From an uncultured bacterium (lineage in GTDB: Bacteria; Krumholzibacteriota; Krumholzibacteriia; LZORAL124-64-63), in the NCBI GenBank assembly GCA_963732385.1, contig CAVSZB010000005.1, positions 128,001 through 192,000 of the forward strand: 64,000 nt of DNA, read 5' to 3'. Made by a program: the position numbers and the translations under genes. Each line of letters begins with the position of its first letter. Positions within the stretch are counted from its first letter, which is position 1. Below the pieces are notes generated by a model. The model had not been told where the DNA came from. It was given only the letters and a program-made list of their open reading frames with translations, and searched no databases. Of this stretch, positions 9,667-19,308 are shown in pieces.

Positions 9667-9774
9667 GATGTCCTCCATACTATCAGTGGGAAACACTATT
9701 GCCTCGAGAACCATTCCCGAGGCACGCATGTTACTTTTTCAAATCGACTGCGGTCAGTCAAGAATGTATTCTCG

Positions 9775-9780
9775 ATTATA
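9775..9780 (-). promoter_or_regulatory. Candidate -10 element for the precursor gene
   Basis: Perfect TATAAT on the minus strand in an AT-rich intergenic region ~110 nt upstream of the precursor ATG. The -35 is poor. Confidence 0.35.
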
Positions 9781-10031
9781 TTTATGTTGCCGTGTGCGAG
9801 AAATGTTGACTCGAATGCATTAATATATCCGGTCAAATCAATTGCGCTATAAACATGATCGTGTTGGCCGAGGCCATGCCATGTGGTAATATTTCTCCGT
9901 TGTCAGCGAGGCTCAGTTTAGAAATAATGCGGTTCGCGAGCGGCTCTCAGGGTGCATGGCTACAGACTGTCCGATTGCGGCGCGCCTGTCAGGCGCGCAG
10001 GGTCTCTGTGATGAATGCAGGAGGTTCATTC

Positions 10032-10958
10032 ATGTGGAAGTCGGCCGGCCTGATTCTCGCGTTCGCCCTGTGCGCCGGCTCGCCGGCTGATGCCGGGGCG
10101 GCTGACGGCGTCACGGTCACGCCCGATGTGGTCTACGGGCACAAGGCGGGGATGGCTCTCACCTTTGACCTCTTCCGTCCGGCGACGGCCAACGGCGCCG
10201 CGGTGATCTTCATCAACAGCGGGGGGTTCGTGTCGGGACAGCTCCGCCAGTGCGAGAGCACGGGGTGGGGCGTATGGCGCTTCGTGCCGGCCGCCGAGCT
10301 GCGCATCGCAGGCGTACCGGTGGCCCTGCCCGTGCTGGCGCAGTTCAGCTTCGGCCCCCTGCTCGACGCGGGGTTCACCGTGTTCGACGTCCGGCACGGC
10401 TACAGTTCAAGCTTCAAGCTCCCGGACATCGTCAGCGACGTTCGCCAGGCGGTCCGTTTCATCCGGGACAACGCCACGCATCTGGACATCGACGCCGACC
10501 GGATCGGTCTGTGGGGCGCGAGCGCCGGAGGATACCTCGCGCTCGAGGCCGCCCTCGCCGACGATGCCGGCCCCGGCCGGGTCCGCGCGGTGGCCGTGTA
10601 CTACCCGGCCGGCTTCGACCTGGCGGGCGACACGGTGCGCTTCCCGGAGCTGCTCGCCAACCTGCCCGCCCTGCAGATCGGCGCGGCGGTCCTCGATTCG
10701 CTGTCGCTGCGCCACTACGTCTCGCCCGACGATCCGCCCTGTCTGATCATCTTCGGAACCACCGACGCCCCGTTCATTACCGAGCCCAGCGACTCGCTGT
10801 GCGCCTCCCTGACCCGGGCCGGCGTCGCCTGCCGCCGCATCGCGATCCCCGGCACCGGACACGAATTCCGCGGCCCCGCCGGGTATCAGCCGGAGAACGG
10901 GGAACGGGCCGCGCGCGAAGTGGTGGCCTGGTTCAGGGAGCAGCTGACCGTCCGCTAG
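10032..10958 (+). CDS. Secreted alpha/beta hydrolase (esterase/lipase-like)
   Basis: Signal peptide, DVVYG..G.AL..DLFRP, SGGF, GASAGG nucleophile elbow, C-terminal GH. GGAGG RBS. Confidence 0.85.
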   Translation: MWKSAGLILAFALCAGSPADAGAADGVTVTPDVVYGHKAGMALTFDLFRPATANGAAVIFINSGGFVSGQLRQCESTGWGVWRFVPAAELRIAGVPVALPVLAQFSFGPLLDAGFTVFDVRHGYSSSFKLPDIVSDVRQAVRFIRDNATHLDIDADRIGLWGASAGGYLALEAALADDAGPGRVRAVAVYYPAGFDLAGDTVRFPELLANLPALQIGAAVLDSLSLRHYVSPDDPPCLIIFGTTDAPFITEPSDSLCASLTRAGVACRRIAIPGTGHEFRGPAGYQPENGERAAREVVAWFREQLTVR

Positions 10959-11100
10959 ACGGACACAGCCGGTGCGGAATCGACATTGAATCCATTTTCA
11001 TATCGGCCTATCCTCCGCTCCGGAGGGTCCAGCGAGACATGTCCGCCTCCCTGCCGCTCCCGGAGGCGGACGGAATCGACCGGGAAGCAAGGGTGGCCCG

Positions 11101-12693
11101 ATGAAGATATTCCAGGTTGCCCCTCTCCTGCTGCTTGGCCTCGTTCTGGCAGACCCGGCCGCCGGGTCGGACGCCGCGACGGCCGAGCCCCAGTTCCTGG
11201 GCCGCTACCTCGTCACCACCGAGCAACTCCACGATGCAGACCGGGGCTACAAACTTGAGACCGTCTACCCCAGTCCGGACCGCAGGCGGGTCGCCGCCGT
11301 TTTCGTCGGCAACAACGCCCAGGGCTACGTCTGGGTCGAGGGGCAGGGCCAGAGCCCGCTGTGGGATTACGTGATCGCCGTCGAATGGAGCCCCGACAGC
11401 CGCCGCCTCGCCTACCTCGCGACCAGCGGCGGCAAGGTGCATGTCGTGGTCGATGGGGTCGACACCGGGAAGTACGACTCTGTGCCAGGAAAAACCGTTC
11501 CTTTCAGCTCCGACGGCAGCCGTTACGGTTTTCTGGCGGCCGAACTCAAGAAGAACCAGATCAAGTCCGTGCGGGCGGTCATCGACGGTACCGCAGGCGA
11601 GTCCTTCGACAATGTGACCGGCCCCAAGCAGGGGCCCCTGCTCCGCTTCAGCCCTGGCGGGGCTCACTGGTTGATGTTCGCCAGGAGGGGTGATCAGTAT
11701 TTTGCGGTCGTCGACGGCCGCATCGGCCCCTCTTTCGACCACACCGCCGGAGATCCGGTCTGGTCGGCCGACGGCGAGCACCTGGCCTACGTCGGGGTCC
11801 GCGGGGAGGACTGGTACCTGGCCCACGACGATTCCCTGCACGGCCCCTTCCCCTGGGTCTGCGACCCGGTCTTCTCGCCCGTCTCGAACGACCTGGCCTA
11901 CTGCGTGAACGAAGACGAGCAGGGCTACGTCGCTTTCAACCACCGGCCGTTGGGCCGGCGGTATTACAGGGTTCGCGGGCCGGTCTTCAGCCCCGATGGC
12001 CGCCGTCTGGCCTATTGGGCCAGCCGGCCGCCCGAAGGGTCCTGCGTGGTCGTCGACTCGACGGCCGGACCGATTCTGCCCTCGGCGGCCGGGCCCAGGT
12101 TTACCGAGCACGGCCTGCTCTTCTACGACGCCTACCTCGACTCCACCGGCACCCGGCGCGTGTTCTTCGTCGAGAACCGCCGGCTGCCGGAGATGTCAGG
12201 CAGCTTCGCCTCCCTCCCCCTGGCCAAAGGGACGGGCTCGGTGTCCGGGCTCTGGCTGAACACCCCGCCCGACGGCAGCCGCATGGCCTACGGCTGGCGG
12301 GTGGACGAGTGGACCTTCAACGTGGTGGTCGAAGGGGAGCAGTGGTCGGGATTCCTGGCCGATCCGGTCGAATGGGGCAACGACGGCGAGCACTACGCCT
12401 TCCGCCTCATCGTCCCCAAAAAAGGCGACCGCGTCATCATCGACGGCGACGAGGGGCCGCTCTACAAGAGCGCCCTGGGAGTTCGCCTCAGCCCCGACGG
12501 CAACGAGGTCGCGTACATCGCGTCGCACAAGGACAAGGGCGATGAGAGACTGGTGATGAACCGCGAGGAGGGCCCGCCCTGGGACGGCATCGTACCCGGG
12601 ACGGTGCACTTCCAGCCCGACGGTTCGCTGATCCACTACGCGATCGATGCGCCGGACAAGCTGTTTCGGGTCGTGTTGACTCCGCGCGAGTGA
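11101..12693 (+). CDS. Secreted PD40/WD40-like beta-propeller repeat protein
   Basis: Signal peptide; many (W/F)SPDG.R.AY...VVVDG repeats. Confidence 0.75.
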   Translation: MKIFQVAPLLLLGLVLADPAAGSDAATAEPQFLGRYLVTTEQLHDADRGYKLETVYPSPDRRRVAAVFVGNNAQGYVWVEGQGQSPLWDYVIAVEWSPDSRRLAYLATSGGKVHVVVDGVDTGKYDSVPGKTVPFSSDGSRYGFLAAELKKNQIKSVRAVIDGTAGESFDNVTGPKQGPLLRFSPGGAHWLMFARRGDQYFAVVDGRIGPSFDHTAGDPVWSADGEHLAYVGVRGEDWYLAHDDSLHGPFPWVCDPVFSPVSNDLAYCVNEDEQGYVAFNHRPLGRRYYRVRGPVFSPDGRRLAYWASRPPEGSCVVVDSTAGPILPSAAGPRFTEHGLLFYDAYLDSTGTRRVFFVENRRLPEMSGSFASLPLAKGTGSVSGLWLNTPPDGSRMAYGWRVDEWTFNVVVEGEQWSGFLADPVEWGNDGEHYAFRLIVPKKGDRVIIDGDEGPLYKSALGVRLSPDGNEVAYIASHKDKGDERLVMNREEGPPWDGIVPGTVHFQPDGSLIHYAIDAPDKLFRVVLTPRE

Positions 12694-12712
12694 CCGGATT
12701 CCGGCCGGGGCA

Positions 12713-13645
12713 TCACGCCCGGCTGTCGCCGTCGAGGAACCCCAGCATCCCCGTCAACGACTGACGCGTGAAGGCCAGTTCCCGCGCGCGGATGTCGTGC
12801 GACAACTCCGTCCATCTGGCGTAGCAAGGGTCCTCGGCCAGCAGACGCTGCTGCACGCGGGCCAGCAGGCTGCCGGGGTCGCCGTCGCCCAGCTGCTCTT
12901 CCGGCCGCCGCTCGTGGCGCAGGACATTCAGCCAGCGTTCGAGCTGGTGGCGGGCGTCGTTGAGCAGTTCGCGGGTCCGCCCTTTGGCCAGACCGTGGTG
13001 GGCGAACGCGAGCCGGGCCGGCGACGGGTTGAGCGCGAGCAGACGGTCGAGCGAATCCAGCGCCACTCCAAGATAGAATCGCGGCGGCGTGGCCGGACGC
13101 AGATAGCGACCGCCGTCGGGCAGGGCGGCGTAGGTGCCGGCGGCCTCGCCGACGAACAGGGTGCCGTCGTGGCGGAAGCAGAGATGGTGCGGGGCGTGGC
13201 CGGGGGTCGGGATGATCGTGATGGCGGCGCGAGCGAACGCTACTCCGGTCAGTTCCATGCGGGCGGCGAAGCGGTCGGCCGGCACTGGTGACGGCTCGCC
13301 GTAGACTTCGGCGGCGGCACCGAGCACCGTGCGCGAGCCCTCCCACAACCGCTCCGGCTCGACCAGGTGTCCACGGCCATTTTCGTGGCAGACTATTCTC
13401 GCCTCGGGGAAGGCGGCCGCCACCTCGGCGGCGCCGCCGGCGTGATCGAGATGGATGTGCGTGAGCAGGATCCAGTCGAGCCGCGTCACGCGGCGCGCGC
13501 GCAGCTGCGCCACGAGCTGCTGCGCGGTGGAGCGCGGCCCCGGGTCGACAATGAACGTGAGCCCCGGGCGTTGCTCCAGCCAACAACTGATGAATTCCCG
13601 CTGGCCTGGCAGGCGCTGGTCGAGGTCGATCAGGTCGAGGGCCAT
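12713..13645 (-). CDS. MBL-fold metallo-hydrolase
   Basis: THIHLDHAGG, TPGHAPHH, LFVGEAAG motifs. Confidence 0.88.
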   Translation of the reverse strand: MALDLIDLDQRLPGQREFISCWLEQRPGLTFIVDPGPRSTAQQLVAQLRARRVTRLDWILLTHIHLDHAGGAAEVAAAFPEARIVCHENGRGHLVEPERLWEGSRTVLGAAAEVYGEPSPVPADRFAARMELTGVAFARAAITIIPTPGHAPHHLCFRHDGTLFVGEAAGTYAALPDGGRYLRPATPPRFYLGVALDSLDRLLALNPSPARLAFAHHGLAKGRTRELLNDARHQLERWLNVLRHERRPEEQLGDGDPGSLLARVQQRLLAEDPCYARWTELSHDIRARELAFTRQSLTGMLGFLDGDSRA

Positions 13646-13670
13646 GCGTGGCTCCGGGCGGCCGGTCGGC

Positions 13671-15056
13671 CTAGTTCTGCTGTTGTTGCTGGCGCTGCAG
13701 GTTGTCGAAGCGGGTGAAGTTCTTGTTGAACATCAGGTCGAACTGGCCGGTCGGGCCGTTGCGCTGCTTGCCGATGATCACGGTGGCGAGGTTGCGCACC
13801 GATTCGTCCTCGGGGTTGTACATCTCCTCGCGGTAGATGAAGAGGACCAGGTCGGCGTCCTGCTCGATCGCGCCCGACTCCCTCAGGTCCGACAACTTCG
13901 GCTTGTTGTCGCCGCGCGATTCGACGGCGCGCGAAAGCTGGCTCAGCGCCAGCACCGGCACGCCGAGATCCTTGGCGAGCGCCTTCAGGTTGCGGCTGAT
14001 GTCGGAGATCTCCTGCTGGCGGTTCTCGCTGCGGCCCTGGCCGGTCATCAGCTGCAGGTAGTCGACCACCACCAGGCCGATGTTCGCCTGTTTTTTCAGC
14101 AGGCGCGCCTTGGCTTTCATCTCGAGCGCCGACAGGCTGCTCGTGTCGTCGATGTAGATCGGCGCGGCGGCGAGACGTTCGCAGGCGGCGGTCAGCCGCG
14201 GCCAGTCCTGCGGCTGGATCTGGCCCCGCCGGATGTCGTGGTTGTTGAAGCCGCCGCTGGCGCAGAGCATGCGCATGACGAGCTGCTCCTTGGCCATCTC
14301 CAGGCTGAAGACCGCCACCGGCACCTGTTCCTTCACCGCGGCGTTGTAGGCGAGATTCAGCGCCAGCGCGGTCTTGCCCATCGACGGGCGGGCCGCCAGG
14401 ATGATCAGGTCGGATTTCTGCAACCCGGCGGTCAGGCGGTCGAAGTCGGCGAAACCGGTGCGCAGGCCGGTCACGTCGCTCTTGTTTCGGAAGGCCTCCT
14501 CGATCGTGCGGAAGGTGACCGGCACGACCGACTTGACCAGCTCGAAGCCGCCCTTGCGCGTGCTCTCGGCGATCTTGTAGATGTTCGACTGCGCGCGATC
14601 GAGGATGGTGGCGGCCGACTCCGCCCCCTCGTACCCCTCGCCGGCGATGGCCGTGGCGGTGCTGATCAGCGCGCGCAGCATCGCCTTTTCCTGCACGATG
14701 CCGGCGTGATAAGTCACGTTCGCGGCGGTGGCGACGGTCGCGAGAAGGTAGGCGAGATAATCGGTGCCGCCCACCGTCTCGAGATCGTTGCGCCGCTGCA
14801 GGATCTCCGCCACGGTCACGGTATCGATGGCCTGATCGCGGTCATAAAGCTCGCGCATCGCGGCGAAGATGAGCCGGTGCTCCTTGCGATAGAAGTCGTC
14901 GGCCGACACCTTTTCGATCGCCAGGCCGAGGGCATCGCGCTCGAGCATGATGGCGCCGAGGATGGCGCGCTCGGCGTCCCCGTTCTGGGGCGGCAGCCGT
15001 TCAGCGCTTCCGGCGCCGGCGGCGCCCGGGTGGACGGGGGCAGAGGAGGAATCCAC
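13671..15056 (-). CDS. dnaB: Replicative DNA helicase
   Basis: PPQN.DAE.AILGA, AARPSMGKT, VVDYLQLM, LSQLSR, SDLRESGAIEQDAD, KQRNGPTG. GTG start after GAGGT. Confidence 0.97.
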   Translation of the reverse strand: MDSSSAPVHPGAAGAGSAERLPPQNGDAERAILGAIMLERDALGLAIEKVSADDFYRKEHRLIFAAMRELYDRDQAIDTVTVAEILQRRNDLETVGGTDYLAYLLATVATAANVTYHAGIVQEKAMLRALISTATAIAGEGYEGAESAATILDRAQSNIYKIAESTRKGGFELVKSVVPVTFRTIEEAFRNKSDVTGLRTGFADFDRLTAGLQKSDLIILAARPSMGKTALALNLAYNAAVKEQVPVAVFSLEMAKEQLVMRMLCASGGFNNHDIRRGQIQPQDWPRLTAACERLAAAPIYIDDTSSLSALEMKAKARLLKKQANIGLVVVDYLQLMTGQGRSENRQQEISDISRNLKALAKDLGVPVLALSQLSRAVESRGDNKPKLSDLRESGAIEQDADLVLFIYREEMYNPEDESVRNLATVIIGKQRNGPTGQFDLMFNKNFTRFDNLQRQQQQQN

Positions 15057-15102
15057 GGCGACCTCGCGGGGGATGGGGAACGGGAGCGGTACGGCCCGAC
15101 GG

Positions 15103-15111
15103 AATGTAGCA
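15103..15111 (-). promoter_or_regulatory. Extended -10 promoter candidate for dnaB
   Basis: TGcTACATT on the minus strand ~50 nt upstream of the dnaB start. Confidence 0.4.
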
Positions 15112-15174
15112 CACGACCCGCGCAGCCGCGGCGGGGAAGCGCGCCGGCGCGCAAAATAGCTGGTGACAACAGGT

Positions 15175-15346
15175 GCGCAACCTGTGGACAACCGCCTCCG
15201 GACCGGGGGACAATCCGTGGACAAGCGGACCCTGTCAGTGGACAACGACGATATCCCGTGGACAACTTCCGGCCCGTGCCGGCTCCGGCGGCCCAAGTGG
15301 CCGCTCCACCCCGTCTCCCGCGAGGCGCAACCTGTGGACAACCGCC
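15175..15346. promoter_or_regulatory. Cluster of six co-oriented DnaA-box-like motifs (TTGTCCACA type)
   Basis: tgtggacaa 15183 and 15333; cgtggacaa 15216 and 15257; agtggacaa 15237; gggggacaa 15205. The outer two lie in a 22-bp direct repeat gcgcaacctgtggacaaccgcc. Confidence 0.7.
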
Positions 15347-16231
15347 ATGCCGCCTGACCAGCTGCGCGCCACCCTCGCCGCCATCGCCGCGGCCCCCCAC
15401 CCCCCCGTGCCATGGCGCGACGGCGCGCAGATCCCGTGGCACGATCCCGCCTTCAGCGAGCGGATGCTCGACATCCACCTCGATCAGTCCACGCACATGG
15501 CCAGCCGTTCGCGCGAGGTGATCGCGCGGCATGTGGCGTGGCTGCGCGAGCGCATGCGTGAAACGCCCGGCGCGGCGGCGCCGACGGCGCGCGTCCTCGA
15601 CGTGGCGTGCGGCCCCGGCCTCTACTGCCACGAACTGGCGCGGCTGGGGCACCCCGCGACCGGTTTCGATTTCGCCCCCGCGCCGCTCGCCTGGGCGCGC
15701 GAGGTCGCCGCGCGCGAGGGACTCGCCTGCCGCTTCCTCGCGGCCGACCTCACGCGGCTCGACGACGCACAGCTGGCCGAGATCGGCCCCGTGGAGGTCA
15801 TCACCTTCTGGTTCGGCGAGTTCCACTCGTTCCCGCCCGAGGTCGCGCGCCGCTTCCTGGCGCAGCTCGCCTCACTGCTCGTGCCGGGCGGACTGTTCGT
15901 GCTGGAGTACCAGCCGTACGAGCTGTATCCGCGGGAGGACCTGCAGGAATGGCGCGCCTGCGACCGCTCGCCGCTCAGCGACCGCCCCCACCTCTGGCTG
16001 CAGGAGTACCACTGGGACGAGCGGCAGCAGTCGGAAATCAACGTCCACTGGGTGATCGACGCTGAATCGGGCGCCCTGACCCGCTACGCCCAGTCAGGGC
16101 GGGCCTGGCGCGACCGCGAACTGGTGGCGGCCTGCCGCGCGGCCGGTCTCGAGCGCCCGGTCTTCCACCCGCCGATCACCGGCGTGAGTGAGCGGTTCGA
16201 ATTCGCCATGCTGACCGCCCGGCGCCCCTGA
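15347..16231 (+). CDS. Class I SAM-dependent methyltransferase
   Basis: IPWHDPAFSERML..HL.Q....ASR N-terminus; VLDVACGPGLY motif I; GFDF. Confidence 0.85.
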   Translation: MPPDQLRATLAAIAAAPHPPVPWRDGAQIPWHDPAFSERMLDIHLDQSTHMASRSREVIARHVAWLRERMRETPGAAAPTARVLDVACGPGLYCHELARLGHPATGFDFAPAPLAWAREVAAREGLACRFLAADLTRLDDAQLAEIGPVEVITFWFGEFHSFPPEVARRFLAQLASLLVPGGLFVLEYQPYELYPREDLQEWRACDRSPLSDRPHLWLQEYHWDERQQSEINVHWVIDAESGALTRYAQSGRAWRDRELVAACRAAGLERPVFHPPITGVSERFEFAMLTARRP

Positions 16232-16305
16232 CGCGCCCCCGCGACCGGCGCCGGCGGGCCCCTCTCGCGGGGGTGTCATGGCGGGGCGCGGCTGGCTCTT
16301 GTGGG

Positions 16306-16404
16306 GACTGCTACACGTGCAAAAAGTGCGCAGCCCGAAAGGGCGCCGCGCGGACCGTTCCGCCCACGGGACCGGTCCGCGCACTTTTTGCACGTGTAGC
16401 AGTC
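16306..16404. repeat. 99-bp element with perfect 26-bp terminal inverted repeats (MITE/REP-like or bidirectional terminator)
   Basis: gactgctacacgtgcaaaaagtgcgc (16306-16331) / gcgcactttttgcacgtgtagcagtc (16379-16404), with two internal hairpins. Lies between convergent genes. Confidence 0.75.
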
Positions 16405-16466
16405 TCTGTAAGGAAGCACGCAAAGGGACCACCGACGGGCCACCCGCCCGCGCGCCCCGGCCGTAC

Positions 16467-17867
16467 TCACCGCGCCAGGAGCGCCCCCAGATCGGCGGAG
16501 TCGCCCAGCGCCGGTATGATCGGCGTCACGCCCCAGCCTGCCTGCAGCTCCCCCGCCAAAGCGCGCGCCGACTCCGGCTCGCCGTGCGTGACGAAAACGA
16601 CGCGCGGCGCCGCGGCCGTGCGCGCCCAGCGCAGCAGCTCGCTCCGCCCGGCGTGCCCCGACAGCCCGTGCACCGCCAGCACCCGCGCGCGCACTGGAAT
16701 GTCCTGGCCGTGCAGTCGCACCGAGGCGGCCCCCTCGAGCAGCACGCGCCCGCGGGTGCCGGCGGCCTGGTAACCCATCAGGCAGATCAGGCAGTCGGGA
16801 TCGGGCGCCTTGCGTTCAAGGTGATGCAGCACGCGTCCGCCGGTGAGCATGCCGCTGGCCGAGATGATCACGCGCGGTCCCGGCAGGTCGTTCAGGTGCT
16901 TCGACTCGTCGGTCGTGCGATGGAACTTCACCTTGCGCGGGAACAGGTGCGTGCCGTCCTCGGAGATCCCCTCGTCGAGATTGCCGTCGTGCAGGTGGCG
17001 CCCGTAGATGCGCGTCGCCTCGGCAGCCATCGGGCTGTCCACGTGGATCGGCGTGTTCGGCAGTTCGCCGGAGCGCATCAGGTCGCGCAGGATCAGCGCC
17101 ACCTGCTGCGTGCGCCCGAGCGCGAAGGCCGGGATCAGCACGGTGCCGCGCCGCGCAAAGGTCTCGCGGAACGCCGTCCGGATCTGGTCGATCATCGACT
17201 CGGGGTCGTGCTCGCGGTCGCCGTACGTGGACTCGATGACGAGCGCGTCGCTGACCGGCCGCGCCTCCGGGTCGACGTGCAGCGGCGCGTCGTACCGCCC
17301 GACATCGCCACTGAACAGGATGCCCGCCTCGCGCCCGTCCAGCGGAAAGCGCACCTCCGCCGAGGCTGAGCCGAGGATGTGCCCGGCGTTGTGGAAGCGG
17401 GCCCGCGCGCCGCCGCCAAGGTCGAGCCAGGCGCCGTAGTCCACGGCGTGCAGCAGCGCCAGCGCCCGCCGCGCGTCCGCCTCGTCGAACAGCGGCAGCG
17501 CCGTCTCGTGCTTGCTGAAGCCCCGCCGGTTCGCGTACGCGGCGTCCTCTTCCTGCAGCTTCGCGGCGTCGAGCAGCATCAGCGGCGCCAGGTCGGCGCT
17601 GGCCGGCGTGCAGTGCACCGGCCCGGCGTACCCCTCCCGCACGAGGCGCGGCAGATAGCCGAGGTGGTCGATGTGCACGTGCGTCAGCAGCACGTGGTCC
17701 ACCGACGCAGGGTCGAACGCCGGCTTCTTCCAGTTGAGTTCGCGCAGCGCCTTCAGCCCCTGGAACATCCCGCAGTCGATGAGGATGCGCCGCCCGGCGA
17801 CCTCGAGCAGGTACTTCGAGCCGGTCACCGTGCCGGCGGCTCCGTGGAAGGTCAGGGTGGCGGTCAT
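16467..17867 (-). CDS. MBL/beta-CASP family ribonuclease
   Basis: GAAGTVTGS, DCGMFQG, THVHIDH, AGHILGS, FSGD, ESTYG, SASGM, SGHA, THGE. Confidence 0.92.
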   Translation of the reverse strand: MTATLTFHGAAGTVTGSKYLLEVAGRRILIDCGMFQGLKALRELNWKKPAFDPASVDHVLLTHVHIDHLGYLPRLVREGYAGPVHCTPASADLAPLMLLDAAKLQEEDAAYANRRGFSKHETALPLFDEADARRALALLHAVDYGAWLDLGGGARARFHNAGHILGSASAEVRFPLDGREAGILFSGDVGRYDAPLHVDPEARPVSDALVIESTYGDREHDPESMIDQIRTAFRETFARRGTVLIPAFALGRTQQVALILRDLMRSGELPNTPIHVDSPMAAEATRIYGRHLHDGNLDEGISEDGTHLFPRKVKFHRTTDESKHLNDLPGPRVIISASGMLTGGRVLHHLERKAPDPDCLICLMGYQAAGTRGRVLLEGAASVRLHGQDIPVRARVLAVHGLSGHAGRSELLRWARTAAAPRVVFVTHGEPESARALAGELQAGWGVTPIIPALGDSADLGALLAR

Positions 17868-17886
17868 GCACAGCTCCCTGGGCGTG

Positions 17887-18366
17887 TCAGTTCCCCATCC
17901 CAGCCAGCTGGATCGTCCACGAGGCTAAGACGATCATCAACGCGATCGAGACTATCCCCAGGCCCATCAGAACCGTCTGTGTAGGGTTGGGGTACGGTCG
18001 TTGGACCGCGACGATGTCGGCCACGGCGACCGTGACGGCGCGGCCGGCGGACAGCAGGCACGGCGCTCGGTCCGTGTCCGACACGAACTCCGTGTCCCGC
18101 AGCGGCAGTTCGCGCACGGCGGTCACGACGAGCGAATCCTGCCCCACTTGCGCCAGGCGCCCCTCGAACTCGCACCCGTCGCGCAATCGGATCAGCACGC
18201 GATCGCCCGGAGCGAGGGCGCCGTCCGCCGCGCGCGACGGCTCCTCCGCCTTGCCGACCTCCCCCCACTGGCGTGCCGGCACCTCCCGGTACGTCGCGCA
18301 GCCGGACGCAAGCGCCAGAAGAGTCAGCGCGAGGAGAGGGGCCTGGCAACGTTGCCGCGATGTCAT
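17887..18366 (-). CDS. Hypothetical lipoprotein with C-terminal TM helix
   Basis: Lipobox LASGC; in operon context with its neighbours. Confidence 0.6.
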   Translation of the reverse strand: MTSRQRCQAPLLALTLLALASGCATYREVPARQWGEVGKAEEPSRAADGALAPGDRVLIRLRDGCEFEGRLAQVGQDSLVVTAVRELPLRDTEFVSDTDRAPCLLSAGRAVTVAVADIVAVQRPYPNPTQTVLMGLGIVSIALMIVLASWTIQLAGMGN

Positions 18367-18369
18367 CGC

Positions 18370-19308
18370 TCACCTTCCCGCCTGCAGGGCGTCGTAGAGC
18401 GAGCGCAGCTTGCGCACGTCGTCCCAGGCGGGGCGTTTCCAGTGCGGGTTGCGCAGGAGCGCGGCAGGGTGGTAGGTCACGACGACCGGGACATTGCCAT
18501 AGAAATGGACATGCTCGCGCAGCGCGCCGAGGGTGGCGTTGGTGCGCAACAGGGTGTGCGCGGCGTGGCGGCCGAGACAGCAGATCACGGACGGGTCGAT
18601 GATCTCGAGCTGCCGTTTCAGGTACGGCTCGCACGCCTCGACCTCATCCCCCTCCGGATCGCGGTTCTCGGGGGGACGGCACTTGAGGATGTTGCAGATG
18701 TAGACGTCTTCGCGCCGCAGCCCGATCGCCTTCAGGATGTCGTTGAGCAGCTGCCCCGCGCGTCCGACGAACGGCTCGCCCCGCTCGTCCTCCTCGCGGC
18801 CCGGCGCCTCCCCCACGAACACCACGCCGGCATCGGGACTGCCCGTGCCAAAAACGGTCTGAGTGCGGGTGCGCGCCAGCTTGCACTGCGTGCACGGCGC
18901 GACTTCGCGGGCGATCGCGTCGAGCGCTTCGCCCTTCTGCGCCGGCGTGAGCCGGACCGGAGCAGCCGCCGGGACGTTGAAGATATCGGCCGGCGGCGTC
19001 GCCTCGCGGCGACGGGCCAGCAGTTCGAGCGTGTCTTTAACGAAGGCGGCGCGGGCGGCGGCGGAGGGGTCGTCCTTCGGCGCTGCGGGCGCAGGGGGCG
19101 CAACGGCCCGCGACGGTTTCTCCGGCCTCGCGGCCGCGGGCTTCACGGTCACCGGAGGGGCCCCCGCCGGTTCGGGCGCGGCAACGGCCGCGGAAGCCTC
19201 CTCGGCGACCGGATCGATGAACCAATCCACGCCGGAGTCCCGCTGCTGGCGCACGTAGAGGCGAAGGTCGGCGGCGAGGCGGCCCAGATCATCGGCGGAA
19301 GAACTCAT
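18370..19308 (-). CDS. udg: Family 4 uracil-DNA glycosylase
   Basis: C..C.L...R...[38 protein letters not shown]. Confidence 0.93.
   Translation of the reverse strand: MSSSADDLGRLAADLRLYVRQQRDSGVDWFIDPVAEEASAAVAAPEPAGAPPVTVKPAAARPEKPSRAVAPPAPAAPKDDPSAAARAAFVKDTLELLARRREATPPADIFNVPAAAPVRLTPAQKGEALDAIAREVAPCTQCKLARTRTQTVFGTGSPDAGVVFVGEAPGREEDERGEPFVGRAGQLLNDILKAIGLRREDVYICNILKCRPPENRDPEGDEVEACEPYLKRQLEIIDPSVICCLGRHAAHTLLRTNATLGALREHVHFYGNVPVVVTYHPAALLRNPHWKRPAWDDVRKLRSLYDALQAGR

Noticed and set aside
10032..12693. Hydrolase and beta-propeller genes as members of the RiPP cluster
   Set aside because: Divergently transcribed, host-like composition, no functional link visible beyond adjacency.
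15175..15346. CRISPR array from the repeated GTGGACAA units
   Set aside because: Repeats are only ~9 bp (two of 22 bp), irregularly spaced, with no cas genes. They fit DnaA boxes better.
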